Shown here: positions 17,079 through 29,091 of the stretch, piece by piece
How positions within the stretch are numbered: the first letter of the stretch is position 1
Layout of the letters: every line of letters starts with the position of its first letter
Assembly (NCBI RefSeq): GCF_009914755.1
Contig: NC_060937.1
Strand: one strand, 5' to 3'
From: the human T2T-CHM13v2.0 reference genome, Homo sapiens
Length of the DNA stretch: 64,000 nt
Notes under the pieces: model-generated
Seen by the model: the letters and a program-made list of their open reading frames with translations, nothing else
The model's database searches: none
Told to the model about the DNA's origin: nothing
Made by a program: the position numbers and the translations under genes

Positions 17079-17596
17079 GAAAATTTAATTATTTTAACCA
17101 TTTCTTTACCTTTAAATTTAATGAAATTTTGATGCGAAGAAGATGTGTTGCATGTAATACTCCTAGGAATATCACCAAATATACTCTAATAAAGAATCAG
17201 TTAAAACTGTATTTTTTAATTGTTATTATCATTTATACCATAACAATTTCTTGATTCAGTGTTATTAAAATAACTGTGTAATTAAAATGGCAGTATCACA
17301 AATATAATAAATGTTGCTAATTTATTGAGTAGTACTCAAGTGTCCTGTGATGAGTTACAAAAACGCAAGTTAAAAAGTACAAGACAATTGCTATACTAGG
17401 AAATATCAATTACCTATCTTTCAACTATCAACCTTGCATATTCAGAAATCCAGTGTTCTGGTCACTGAAAGCTGCTCTTTATGTAAAATAAACATTTTCC
17501 TGTAATATGTATAAACTGAATGCAGTAAACAAAAATGAAGATGTATTTTATAGTTCTCAATTTTTGGTGACAACTGAGATCAAGAAATAAAATGAA

Positions 17597-17717
17597 GGCT
17601 GGACACAGTGACTCATCTTTAATCCCAGTACTTTGGAAGGCTGAGTGGGGTGGATTGTGTGAGGTCAGGAGTTTGAAACCAGCTAGAAGCAACATAGCTA
17701 GACCTAATCTCTACCAA

Positions 17718-17765
<48 letters not shown>

Positions 17766-17944
17766 TAGCCAGGTGTGATGGCTCCTATCTGTAGGCCCAG
17801 TTACTCAGGAGGTTGAGATGGGAGGATAACTTGAATCCAGGAGGTCAAACCTGCAGTAAGCCACAGTCACGCCACTGCAATACAGCCTGAAAAGCAGAGT
17901 AAGACTCTGTCTCTAACGTAAATAAATAAATAAATAAAACAAAT
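17597..17944 (+). mobile_element. AluJ with (TA)n in the middle A-rich linker
   Basis: J-type 'ggaggataacttgaatccaggaggtcaa'; (TA)n at ~17727-17762; TSD aaataaaatgaa at 17585-17596 and 17945-17956. Confidence 0.9.
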
Positions 17945-19489
17945 AAATAAAATGAAGGATTCTGCATGTAAGCAGACCCATGTTATTACAAACATGTGTC
18001 CTCAATGATTTTGGTTTTAATATGATTATATGAAGCTATGACTATTGAGCATAAACACATGAAAATTGGGACTTTCACACTTTTATATCTGTAACATTGA
18101 ATTCTTATTGTATTTTAATTTTTAAAGTAAAATAATTCTTATTCTTAATTGTATAACCCTCTATTAAATTTGCATAAGAGTTTTCATTATATTAAGACTT
18201 ATGATTTTAAAATAACTTTAGAAACGAATGCATAAAAAAGCCAGTTTTTACTATTATTAAAACAATCTAATCATTAGAATTAAAAACATGTATAATACTT
18301 GCTAGGAAAATAAAATTGACCTTTGGTTCTATATCTTTTGGATACTAGTAATGTTTATCATGTATTAATTAATTAGGGAGAAAATGTGAAGACTGTATTT
18401 CAAGCAAGAGAAATGGTCCTCCAACAAAATAGATAGACAAATATGATTATATTTTAGTGTGTAGGCTATTAGCATTAAATATTTTATAGAATTTATTCTG
18501 AAATATGTCTTTTGAGCTAATAAAATTTGTTATGTGAATAAAGTTTTTTGAAAATTATCTATTCTATAATTGCAGACTCGTAACATTGTATTTGAGGTAT
18601 ACTCAGTAACATTTTCCTTTTATGTTTTCTTTTTCCTCTAATGTGCTGTTAATGGACTTTCCTATCAATAAGGCAAAATTTTGCAACATAACTTGCTGTA
18701 ACTAGAATATCAGCTTGTCTCTTCATCTGGACATGCCAAATAATGTAAAGGAACTATTTTCTAGTTATTAAAAACAGTAATTGCTGTCTGAATATAAGAG
18801 GCTTTGACTCTGTAATTACCACACGATGATAATATAGAAGAGGATAATTGCTTCTTTTTTTAAATTGGTTTGAAAAGGCTACGTTCTATATAATTCTGTG
18901 TAGTCTTACCATTTCATCCCATGATAATGGATGAAACTGCTACAAATTGTCAATAAATGACTGAGCTTCCATTCCACTTCTTAAAATAGTTGTAATCAAT
19001 AGAATTAATTAAAATGAATTATTATATTTTATAATTGTAGATTTATTTTTTAGGCATTCTAATAGGAGTTCGGTGGTATCTCTTTGTGTGTGCTGTTTTA
19101 TTGAGACATAATTCACATTTCATATTATTAATTCTATTTAAAAGTATACAAATTACTAGTTCTTAATATATTCACAAGATTTTGCAATTATCATTCCTCT
19201 CTATTAAATAATTATAAGAAATTTTCATCACCCCCCTAAAATCCCCACACTTATTAGCCATCATTCTCAATTACCCCTTAGCTCCATCCCCTGACAACTA
19301 CTAATCTACTTCTATGAATTTGCACATGCCAAACATTTCATAAACAGAAATCATACAATATGTGGTCTTTTGTGTCTGTTTTTTTTTTTTTTCACTTAGC
19401 TTACTATTTTAAAGGTTCATCTATGTTGTAGCATGTATCATTCTTTTTTGTTGTTTTATTTAAAGTGGAACTTTGTGAGATTCTTTTGC

Positions 19490-20606
19490 ATTATTTAATT
19501 TTATTTTAAATTCAGGGGTACATGTGCAAGTGTGTTATATATATAAATTTGTATCATGGGGATTTGTTGTACAGATTATGTTACCTCCCAGGTATTAAGC
19601 TTAGTACTCATTAGTTATTTTTTCTGATCCTCAACCTCCTCCCATCCTCCACCCTCTGATATGTCCCAGTGTGTGTTGTTTTCCTCTTTGTGTCCATGTG
19701 TTCTCATCATTTAGCTCCAACTTATAAATAAGGACATGTGGTATCTGTTTTTCTGTTTCTGTTTTAGTTTGCTAAGGATAATGGCCTCCAGCTCCATCCA
19801 TCCATGTCTCTGCAAAGTACTCGTATTAGTCAGGGTTCTCTAGAGGGATAGAACCAATAGGATATATGTATATATTAAAGGGAGTTTACTAAGGAGAATT
19901 GACTCACACAATTATAAGGTAAAGTCCCATGATACACTGCCTGCAAGTTAAAGAGCAACTAAGCCAGTAGTGGATGAGTACAAATCCCAAAACCTCAAAA
20001 GCAGGGAAGCCAACATTGCAGCCTTCAGTCTGTGAAAGGGCCAAGAAGCCCTGGCAAACTCCTGGTGTAAGTCCGAGAGTCCAAAAGCTGAAGAACTTGG
20101 AGCTTGTTGATGAGGGCAGAAAGCATCCAGCACAGGAGAAAGATAAAGGCCGGAACTCTCAGTAAGTCTGCTTTATTCTAGCTGGGCTGGCAGTTGATTA
20201 GATAGTGCCTACCCACAATGAGCGGGGGCGGGGTCTTTCTCTCCCAGTTCACTGACTCAAATGTTTATCTCCTTTGGCAACACCCTCACAGACACACCCA
20301 GGAGCAATACTTTACATCCTTCAATCCAATCTAGTTTACACTTAATATTAACCATCACGGGACATGATCTCATTCTATTTTATGGCTGCATAGTATTCCA
20401 TAGTGTGTTTGTACCTTTTTTTTTAACCCAGTCTACCATTGATGGGCATTTAGGTTGATTCCATGTCTTTGTTATTGTGAATAGTACTGCAATGAACATA
20501 TGTGTGTATGTGTATATAATAGAATGCTTTATATTTCCTTGGATATATACTCAGTAATGGGATTGTTGTGCTGAGTGTATTTCTGTCTTTAGGTTTTTGA
20601 GGGATC
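19490..20606 (-). mobile_element. 5'-truncated L1PA13-16-like 3'UTR, split by MLT2A
   Basis: 'ttcaggggtacatgtgcaag...ttgttgtacagattat...gctaaggataatggcctccagctccatcca', resuming at 'ggacatgatctcattc'. Confidence 0.9.
19822..20359 (-). mobile_element. MLT2A2 (HERV-L) solo LTR
   Basis: 'gtattagtcagggttctctagaggga...ccaaaacctcaaaagcagggaagcc...ctttggcaacaccctcacagacacaccc...attaaccatcac'; degenerate 5-bp TSD gtact/ggaca. Confidence 0.9.
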
Positions 20607-21064
20607 ATTTTTTCTACAGCCAAACAGTATCCTATTTTATCATTTAACTATGGCACATTTAGGTTATTCATTCATCCCGTCATGATGTTTTATTTATCTT
20701 CCATTTTTGTCTATTATGACAGTGCTATGCTTCTACAAATATTGTTTACAAGCTTTTGCATGACTTTGTGTTTTTAATTATCTTCTTAATATATTTCCAG
20801 CTATAGAACTGCTGAATCATATTTCAATCTTAAGTTTAACTATCTGAATAATTGCCAAAATGTTTTTCAAAGTAAGTATAAAGTATTAAATTTTCCCCAG
20901 CTGTGAGTCGGAGTTCTAAGAATTTCATATCTTTGTCAACTTTTACTATTGTCCATCAATTTGATTATAGTGATTCTAGTGTGTGTAAAAGGTATCTCCT
21001 TGTGGTTTTGTTTTGTTTCATTATCTGCCTTCTTTTTGAAGAACTTCTATTCACATTGTTTACA

Positions 21065-21620
21065 GTAATGATTGCTGACAATAAATTATGAAGATTTTTG
21101 TTTATCTGGTAATGTATCTATTTTATGATCACTTTTGAAGGATAAGTTTATTGGTTATCGAAGTCTGGATTGTTTTTTAAATTGTAGCTTTTTTAGCTCT
21201 TTAAATATTTCACTGTTCTTTTTTGTATGGTTCATATTGAAACGTCTTATGTAATTCTTATGCCTGTTCTTCTAAAATTACAATCTTGTATTCCCTCTGC
21301 CTGCTTTAAAGATTTTCTCTGTCTTTGTTCTTCTGCAGTTTGAATATGATATGCATAGGTTTATATATTTTTAAAAAAATATGTTAATCCTGGCTCATGA
21401 TCTCTGAGCTTTCTGAATCTGTTGTTTGTGTCAGTCACAACTTTTGTAATATTCTTGGTTATTATTACTTTCAATATTTCTTCTATTCTGTTTTCTCTTT
21501 AGTTCTGGTAATCCAGTTATACATATCTGATGCCTTTTGAAATTATTCCACAGTTCTTGAATATTCTCTTTCTTTTAATTCTTTTCTATTTTGTTTTTCC
21601 AATTGGGAAGTTCCTACAGA
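21065..21620 (-). mobile_element. Old L1M (ME/MD) or HAL1 ORF1-region fragment
   Basis: 'ttttgaaggataag...gctttaaagattttctctgtctttg...cagtttgaatatgatatgc...ctctgagctttctgaatctg'. Confidence 0.65.
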
Positions 21621-22483
21621 CATGGGACTTCAAAGTTAAACTATAAACTAAACTCCTCCCATTATCATCTTGTACTATTCTTAGGAATGAGAAAACACAG
21701 CCAGCCTGTGAAGCTGGAAGTAAGATGGAGTCAGTCACATTGATGCAGGATTTTTCTCGGTCGCTTTGTCAGCCAGGAACCTCCACATCCAGGGACATCC
21801 CTGCCCAGAGCCTCACTCAGCCCTGACCCTGCTGCAGAGGTGCCTCATCCACTCAGCCCACTGGACCACACCTGGCTTGCACACCGGCTCAGATCCCCCA
21901 CATGCCACAGTAGGGCCTGGCGTGCCCCAGTCCATCTGTGTTACAGCTCGTATCTGTGTTCAGTGGTTACCAAGTTTTTGTCCCACATCCAAGAATGAGG
22001 TTACACTGACCTGATGATCGAAGGATGAGGTGGGTGAAGAAAAAGTTTATTATGCAATGCAACAGCTCTCAGCAGAGAGGGGACATGAGGGTGGTCACCC
22101 ACCTAAAGTCAGGAGTTCTATGCCCCAGTGTGGCTGGGCACAGCGCTTTTATGTGCTTAAAATAGGGAAGTGTGTGCTGATTGGTTTGTGAGTAGGCAAA
22201 AAAAAGAAAAAGAAAAGGCTAAAACAAAGGCACCACTCAAAGGTGGACACAACAGTGTAAAAAAAAACAATTAGGGAAGGGGAGGTACTTGTAAAATAGG
22301 TAAAGGATGAGGATCAATCAAAGGAAAGCATGCCAAACAGGAAGAGAGGTTCTCAATCTGGTCTGTGGAATTTTACTTGTAGCTTGGCTTTCAGGCTTTA
22401 AACTGGCTTTGGCTTGAAGGTGGGCTTTAACTGGGGATCCACCCCTGTCTGCCTAGGCATCTGACTGCTTCCCCCTGCTATCA

Positions 22484-22495
22484 TTCCCTCCTCTC
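22484..22495 (-). other. Polypurine tract of the provirus
   Basis: Minus strand GAGAGGAGGGAA immediately precedes TGATAG of the 3' LTR. Confidence 0.85.
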
Positions 22496-23250
22496 AAGAG
22501 GTACATCTAACTGCCATTAGAATAAAAATGATGGCCACTCTTAACAGCTTCATGCAGACAGGCAGTGCTGTTCTGAGTAAAGGGTAATAAGATCTCCCTC
22601 AGAGGCCTAAGTGTCTTGGGTAAAAGGCAGCTATCATCCAAGGCTCCGGTTGCTTGGTCATTTGGAGGTCAGTGGCCTGAAGGTGAGAAGAGACACACCA
22701 CGTTATCAGAAGATAACCTAACAAAACAAGGGGGTAAGGACATTTCAAAAGACCTGAAGCTGCCAACATGCCTCAATAACTGGTAGCTATAGTTATGCTT
22801 GCTAAGATTTGGGTGCATGGGGTTTGCCATTGGTTAGCTCCCTTGGTCTTATTTTCCAAAAAAAAAAAAAAAACCTCCAGGTTATGGGCAGTCTATTTAC
22901 CCCTATCACCTGGAAGGATTTGAGGATAATTGCCCAGAACTAGAATATTGATTCAGATTTTAACATTACCCATCCCTTTTGTTTCTTCTGAGCTGTAGCC
23001 AGAGATCACTGGTTGGTTATCAGGATTAAGTAGAGTTAGTTTAAAATGCAGACACAAATTAAAAATTAATTAATGAGATTAGAATGTAATGACAAGTGCA
23101 TGATAAGTTTTGAAACATAACTTTTCTCTCTCCAATTCTCATTTTTTGTCAAAAACAAATCAAGATAGGACTGATTTGTTATTTGTTTGCAAAATAAACT
23201 TCAATCTTGTATTTTGCTAGATTAGTTGCACAAAGTGCAGCAAGAATAAT

Positions 23251-23514
23251 TCACACAGGCTGGAGTGCAGTGGCATGATCTCAAGTCACTGCACCCTCTG
23301 CCTCACAGGTTCAAATGATTCTCATGCCTCAGCCTCTCAAGTAGCCAGCATTACAGGCATGCACCACCACACCCAGCTAATTTTTGTATCTTTAGTAGAG
23401 ATGAGTTTTCAGCATGTTGGCCAGGCTGGTCCTTAACTCCTGGCCTAAAGTGATCCTGTCCACCTCAGCATCCCAAAGTACTGGGATTACACGGATGAGA
23501 CATGGCACCTGGCC
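23251..23514 (-). mobile_element. AluS lacking its 3' end and tail, inside the provirus
   Basis: Starts abruptly at 'tcacacaggctggagtgcagtgg' with no poly-T; ends 'gcacctggcc'. Confidence 0.9.
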
Positions 23515-24915
23515 CATATAGGTCTTTTAAATTGGCTCTGCTCAAATTCTGTTCAATAAGGAATATCAGATAAGACTTTTTAAAGCTGAGCCCAGCCATG
23601 GGTTTGTACCCTCAAATAACTATGAGTTGGGTAAATTTTTATTTTCTTGAGGTCCCAAGATAACTTGGGGCTCCTGGGACTGTTAGAAAGTGATATTCTT
23701 TACTCACCACAGGTTAGAAACCCTGTACAGGGACTGTGTAGACAAGATCTGAGGCCAATTTTTCCAAGGGGCTTTTATTGGCTCTGCAAGTCAAGCTTGA
23801 TTCCTTAAAGGGAAACACACTCTTTCAGTCAAAACCCTGGTAAAACAACCAGTTTCTCCAATTACATCTTGTTGCAAAAGAAAATAGATTCTTACTGTAC
23901 TTATGCAAACAACTATATTGCCATAAGTTAAGAATACTCACAAATACTTTGCAAATTCTGGAGAAACAAACATGCTCTAAATTTTGTTCACAAGAGCATA
24001 CCTTATTCAATTGTTAAAAAATGTATTCTACCTTTGGGTCCCTCAGAGCTAATTTTCCTTTCCAAGGCTTCAACCTGAAGCTTGGAACTGAATTTGGGAC
24101 AGAAAGGTGCCTTAAGAGGGTGCATGGACTTATTAAGTTAACTCCCAGTTGGGCCTTACCTAACTGAAGTGAGTGCCTGGTGGGGTCACTCCTCCATTGC
24201 TTCCTTATTATAGGCAGAATGCTAAGGTGAAGCTGTGGAACCAGGTTCTCTTCAAACAAGGGAGAGAAAATGAGTCGTGAGAAGTGGGGACTTGGCCTAG
24301 TAAGATGCTCTCCAAAAGGAAATGACCTCTCACATAAAAAAGTTTCCTGTCTTCTCAGGGCTATGTTAACTCCTGATATGGTGGAGAGAAGAGAGAAAAA
24401 AAAGAAAAAAAAAAAAAAAAGCTTAAGGGCAGGGTGAGAAAGGTGCCTGGGGGAGAAAGCCTCTTGCTCCAGGTAAATGGGTTTCTTCAACAGAGGAAAA
24501 AAAAAAAAAAACTCTTAATCACTGCATGCTGCTTGCTGCTAAGAATAGATGGAAACCACATTGTTCTGAATTACATTTCTGATGATTGAGCCGAGTGTCC
24601 ATTCCACAAAAGAATGTTTTTTCTGTGGTTTGCAACAACAGTCTTAACATTATAAAAGAAGAGATGGAGACCATGGCAGTCCTGAAGGAAAGAAGGAAAA
24701 TGCCATAGAAAGGACTGGATTGGAACAAAGCTGACATTTCCAACCCCCAAGGGGTTTCAGAGTGGGTGACAACCTCCTCTGCAGCCATGTCATTTGCTTC
24801 TTAATTGGCTGACAGATACTCAGTGCTTTATCTGCCTTCAGAAAAAATGTCTGAGGACAAGAAGACTCAGAAAAAGTGAAGAGTAATAGGTCTGCATTTA
24901 CTCACACTTCTGACA

Positions 24916-24933
24916 AATCCAGATGAGCCCCCA
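24916..24933 (-). other. tRNA-Pro primer-binding site
   Basis: Minus strand TGGGGGCTCATCTGGATT versus canonical PBS-Pro TGGGGGCTCGTCCGGGAT; followed by leader splice donor GTGAGT at 24900-24905. Confidence 0.85.
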
Positions 24934-26502
24934 GATGGAGACTTCCCGGGCTGGCAATGTCCCTGTTTAGGGCCTTGCTTGGCCACATGCAGGAGACGCC
25001 ATGCCCACTCAGCCCACCAGGCTCCACCTTATTGTGCACCACCACTGATCCTATGCTTGCTTTGCAATTCGTGTTCACCCCACAGCTGGGCCAGGCATGC
25101 TCCAGCCCACCTGTGTTATAGCTCTTACTTGCCTTAGGTGGTTCCCGAGTTCTTGCCCTGTGTCCAAGAAGAATGAGGTTACACTGACAATTGAAGGGTG
25201 AGGTGTGTGGAGCAGAATTTTATTGAGTGATGGTAGAGTTCTCAATGTGGAAAGATTGCAAGGGTGGTCCCCCACCTCAAGTCAGGTGATCTCCCCAACA
25301 GTGTGACTGAGTCTGGGATTTTTATGGGCTCAGATGGGGAAGTATGTGCTGATTGGTTTGTGAGTATGCAAAAAAAAGGCTAAAAAACAGGTGCCACTCA
25401 AAGGTGGGCAGGACAGTGTGAAAAACCAATTAGGGAAGAATAGGCATATGTACAATAAGTGAAGGGTAAGGATCAATCAGAGGAAAGCATGCCAAATGGG
25501 AAGAGAGGTTCTCAATCTGGTTTGTGAAATTGACTTGTAGCTTGGCTTTCAGACTTTAAACTGGCTTTGGCTTGAAGGTCAGGTTTCACTGGGGACATGT
25601 CCCTGTCTGCCTAGGCATTTGACTACCTCCTGCAGCCATCAATATTAGATTTATCTCACAGTTACAATCTTTGCAAAGGAGATTTCAACTAGACTGGGAA
25701 TTATCTCACTGTACTTGACATTTGGGATCAGGCAGATAGTTAGAAATAATAGTTTCTTATATTCTGTTTTTTTTGTTTTCTTAGAATTAGATATATTCTG
25801 AAATATAGAGGAAATATATTATCTTTATTTTACAGGGCATTCTTATGTTAATCTCTCAGTCTTCCTGTAGAAGAGACAAACTGATGAGAAATTTTGTTTT
25901 AGAGAGGAAGTAAGAGTATAAATAAGTGACAGATATTATGCAACCATAAATTTTTACATTTTTTTATTATGCATGTAATAATGTGATTTTCTATTAAATT
26001 AAGAAAAAAATAACTTGGTATAATTATTTTACTATGAAAGTGATTGTCAAGGATTGTTTATGCTTTTATTCCAGGGACCCTTAGACATAAAATAATGTAC
26101 ATTTTCTATTGAGCAGTTAGAAATTTAATTTTCTCACTGATTCTCCAGTTCTGTAACATGGTAAGTAGGTCAAGGCCCTCCATTAACTTGCATTTCATTT
26201 TGTAATGCCATGATAATCTACAAGCAGTCTAATTTGTGTTAGAGCTAAAATTGATTGGTTTCAATAGAATCGAATTCTAAAATAGAAAAGACTGTTATTA
26301 GGTAACTTTTTCCTTCTGTGCTAAACACTGTTTTCTTCAAAGAATTTGAAAGTACTATAGTTTTGTGATCAAAATATAGTTAAAATACAGGACTATAAAA
26401 TTTAATACAAACAAACCCTAAATATTTATACATAAAATATAGATGTGTTTTACTTAAAACTCAGACACACAAAGTATCTTTTTTGAAAAAAAAATAGTTT
26501 TA

Positions 26503-27013
26503 TGAATGAGTTGTGAGTTCTGATTGGTTGGGTAGGAGATGAAATCATAGGGCATTGAAGCCGTCCTCTTGTGCTGAGTCAGTTCCTGGGTACGGGCCAC
26601 AGTATCAGATGAGCCATTTGATTAGTCTGGGTGGTGCCATCTGATCCATCAGGGCAGGGTCTGCAAAATATCTCAAGCATTGATCTTAGGTTTTATAATA
26701 ATGATGTTATCCCCAGGAGCAATTTGGTTAGGTTTGCAGCCTCCAGCTGCATGACTCCTAAACCATAATTTCTAATCTTGTGGTTTAACTGTTGGTCCTG
26801 AAAAGGCAGTCTAGTCCCCAGGCAGAAAGAGGGTTTGCTTTGGGAAAGGCTGTTATTTTCTTTGTTTTAAAGCTAAACTATAAACTAAGTTCCTCGAAAA
26901 GTTAGTTCAATCTATGCCTAGAAATGAACAGGGCAGCTTAAAAGTTAAAAGCAAGATGGAGTTGGTTAGGTCAGATCTCTTTCTCAGTTATGATTTTTGC
27001 AAAGGCAGTTTCA
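26503..27013 (-). mobile_element. LTR8/LTR8A (HUERS-P1 type), 3' end missing
   Basis: 'gctgagtcagttcctggg...gggtctgcaaaatatctcaagca...agcaagatggagttggttaggtcagatctc...ttttgcaaaggcagtttca'. Confidence 0.88.
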
Positions 27014-27239
27014 CTTTCTTAAGACCTTCCAAAACATATTAAGTAAAAATAAATTAAGATACATAATAAAATTATTGCAATATATGAAATAAGTGTATAT
27101 TTGTGTGTGTATATGAGTGTGTGTATAATTTTCAATTTTTAACCTTCATTGTTAACTATTCAAATTATATTTTGGCATTAGAATACCACTTATTTCAGCT
27201 ATTTTCATAAAAATCTTTATAAAGTGAAACATTTCCTTT

Positions 27240-28048
27240 TGAAGCTGACTTTGCAAAGTTATACCAGTGACGGAAATCTAACATAAGTGACTCAAGCTTT
27301 TTTCTAACCTGAAGAGCTAACTGCCTTTGTTTATTCCTATGCATAGACAAAAGTTATTATGGGAGGAATTTAGTTTATAACTTAGCTGAGGAATTTAGTT
27401 AATAGTTTAACTTTAAAGCAAGAATGATAATAGTCTCTTCCCAAAGCTAAGAGCCTCCCTGTTCAGAAACTGAAAATACCTTTGTAAAACTAATAAAAGG
27501 TCACAAGGTTAAAATTATTGTATGGGCCCGAAGTCTGCTAAGACATGGCATAAATAGTAAAAACTCCATATTTCCTAGTTTGCATTTTGTAACTGTTTAC
27601 TGCTCAGGAGTCACATAACCAGGGGTCACAATATTAGTGACTTTCCCTAATGCTCCCATAGATAACATCACTATTGTGAAAATTGAGACAGGTCTTAAAA
27701 AGATATTTTTCAGACCTTGCATTCCAGTAGACCAACAGATGCCACCCAGACTAGTGACCCACACAAAGGTACTGTCTCAACCCACAAAGACAGATTTGGC
27801 ACCCCTGTGATTTCATCCCCAACTCACTCAATCACTAGAACCCATTCCCTAACTGCTTGCCTGCTGGATAACCCTTAAAAACCCTAGTATTCAAATTCCC
27901 TGGGAGTTAGGTTTGAGAAATCTCATGTTGTCCTCACTCAGCTGCCTTGCAAATATTAATCCCTTTGTCTGCTACAACACCTTCTGTCTCAGTGTATTAG
28001 CTTTTTCTTTGCCGTAAATCAGAAGAACCCAATTGGGCTTTAGTCACA
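27240..28048 (+). mobile_element. LTR8B-like complete solo LTR with 4-bp TSD
   Basis: TG...CA ends; TSD cttt at 27236-27239 and 28049-28052; 'gggaggaatttagtttata', 'gctcccatagataacatcactattgt', 'agaagaaccc'. Confidence 0.8.
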
Positions 28049-29091
28049 CTTTTACTCACACTTTTACTCACATTTTTAGTTACATGCTAATACATTTTAA
28101 TAGACTTTTTTTCATCCAAAATTTATTTTAGATTTAGTGGTTACATGTGCATGTTTGCTACATGACTGAATTGCATCTCATTGGGGTTTGGTATAAAATT
28201 ATTTCGTCACTCATTTAATGAGCATAATGCCCTAGGGGTTGTTTTTCAATGCTCACCCTCCTCCTACCTTTAAACATAAAGTAGGCACTGGTGTCTATTG
28301 TTTCCATCTCTGTGCCCATGTTTGGCTCCCTCCTATAAGAGATAACATGGAGTATTTACTTTCTGTTTTCTGCATTAACTTGGTTAAGACAATGGCCTCT
28401 GCCTTCATCCATGTTTTTGCAAAGGACATGAATTAATTTTTTTATGGTAACATAGTATTCCATGGCATATATATACCATATCTTCTTATCCAGTCCACTG
28501 CTGATGGGCTTCTAGGTTGATTCTATATCTTTGCTATTGTGAAGAGTGCTGTGATGATTATATGCATCCATGTGTTTTTATGGTTGAACTATTTATTCTC
28601 CTATGAATATATATCCAGTAATGGAATTGTTGGTCAGTAGTAGTTCTAAGATCTTTGAGAAATCTATAAACTGTTTTCCACAGTGGCTGAACTAATCTAC
28701 ACTCCCACCAACAGTGTATAAGTGTTCCCTTTCTTCACAAACTTGCCTATATGTGTTATTTTTCACTTTTTAAGAGTAGTCATTTTGAGTGGTGTGAGAT
28801 AATGTTTCATTATTGTTTTTGTTTGCATTTCTCTAATAACTAGTGATGTTGAGTATTTTTTCATGTTTGTTGCCATGCATATACCTTCTTTTGAAAAGTC
28901 TCTGTTAATGTGCTTTGTTTATTTATTAATGGGGTTGTTTGTTACTTGTTAAATTGAGTGAATTCCTCATAGATCCCAGGTATTAGACCTCTGTTGAATG
29001 CATAGTTTGCAAATATTTCCTACCATTCTGTAAATGCTTGTTTACTCTGTTGACAGTTTATTTCATTATGCAGATTTTTAGTTTAGTTGAG

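Larger units (their letters stand above)
19095..21060 (-). mobile_element. L1MB-type 3' region (19095-19445 and ~20607-21060), interrupted by L1PA and MLT2A
   Basis: 'tttattgagacataattcaca...ttttcatcaccccc...ctgacaactactaatctactt...ggttcatctatgttgtagcatgtatca', resuming at 'tttttctacagccaaacagtatcc'. Confidence 0.75.
21741..25641 (-). mobile_element. Internally deleted ERV1 provirus (HUERS-P/MER4 group; LTR27/LTR28/MER61-like LTRs)
   Basis: Direct-repeat LTRs at 21741-22483 and ~24934-25641; PBS and PPT correctly placed on the minus strand; 4-bp TSD acat/atat; non-coding MER4-group internal sequence. Confidence 0.9.
21630..25686 (-). mobile_element. LTR8B-like 5' fragment (21630-21740 plus 25642-25686) split by a provirus
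   Basis: 'aagttaaactataaactaaa...aagatggagtcag' joins 'tagatttatctcacagttacaatctttgcaaaggagatttca' across the insert; homologous to the LTRs at 26.5-28 kb. Confidence 0.75.

Noticed and set aside
24014-24490. 158-aa ORF in the provirus
   Set aside because: Crosses a homopolymer run (poly-F) and shows no gag CA/NC or other retroviral motif; it lies in leader-type sequence
26060-26170. Possible ~87-nt exon (ttttattccag ... atg|gtaagt)
   Set aside because: Isolated splice-like motifs are expected by chance in 64 kb; no ORF or partner exon supports it
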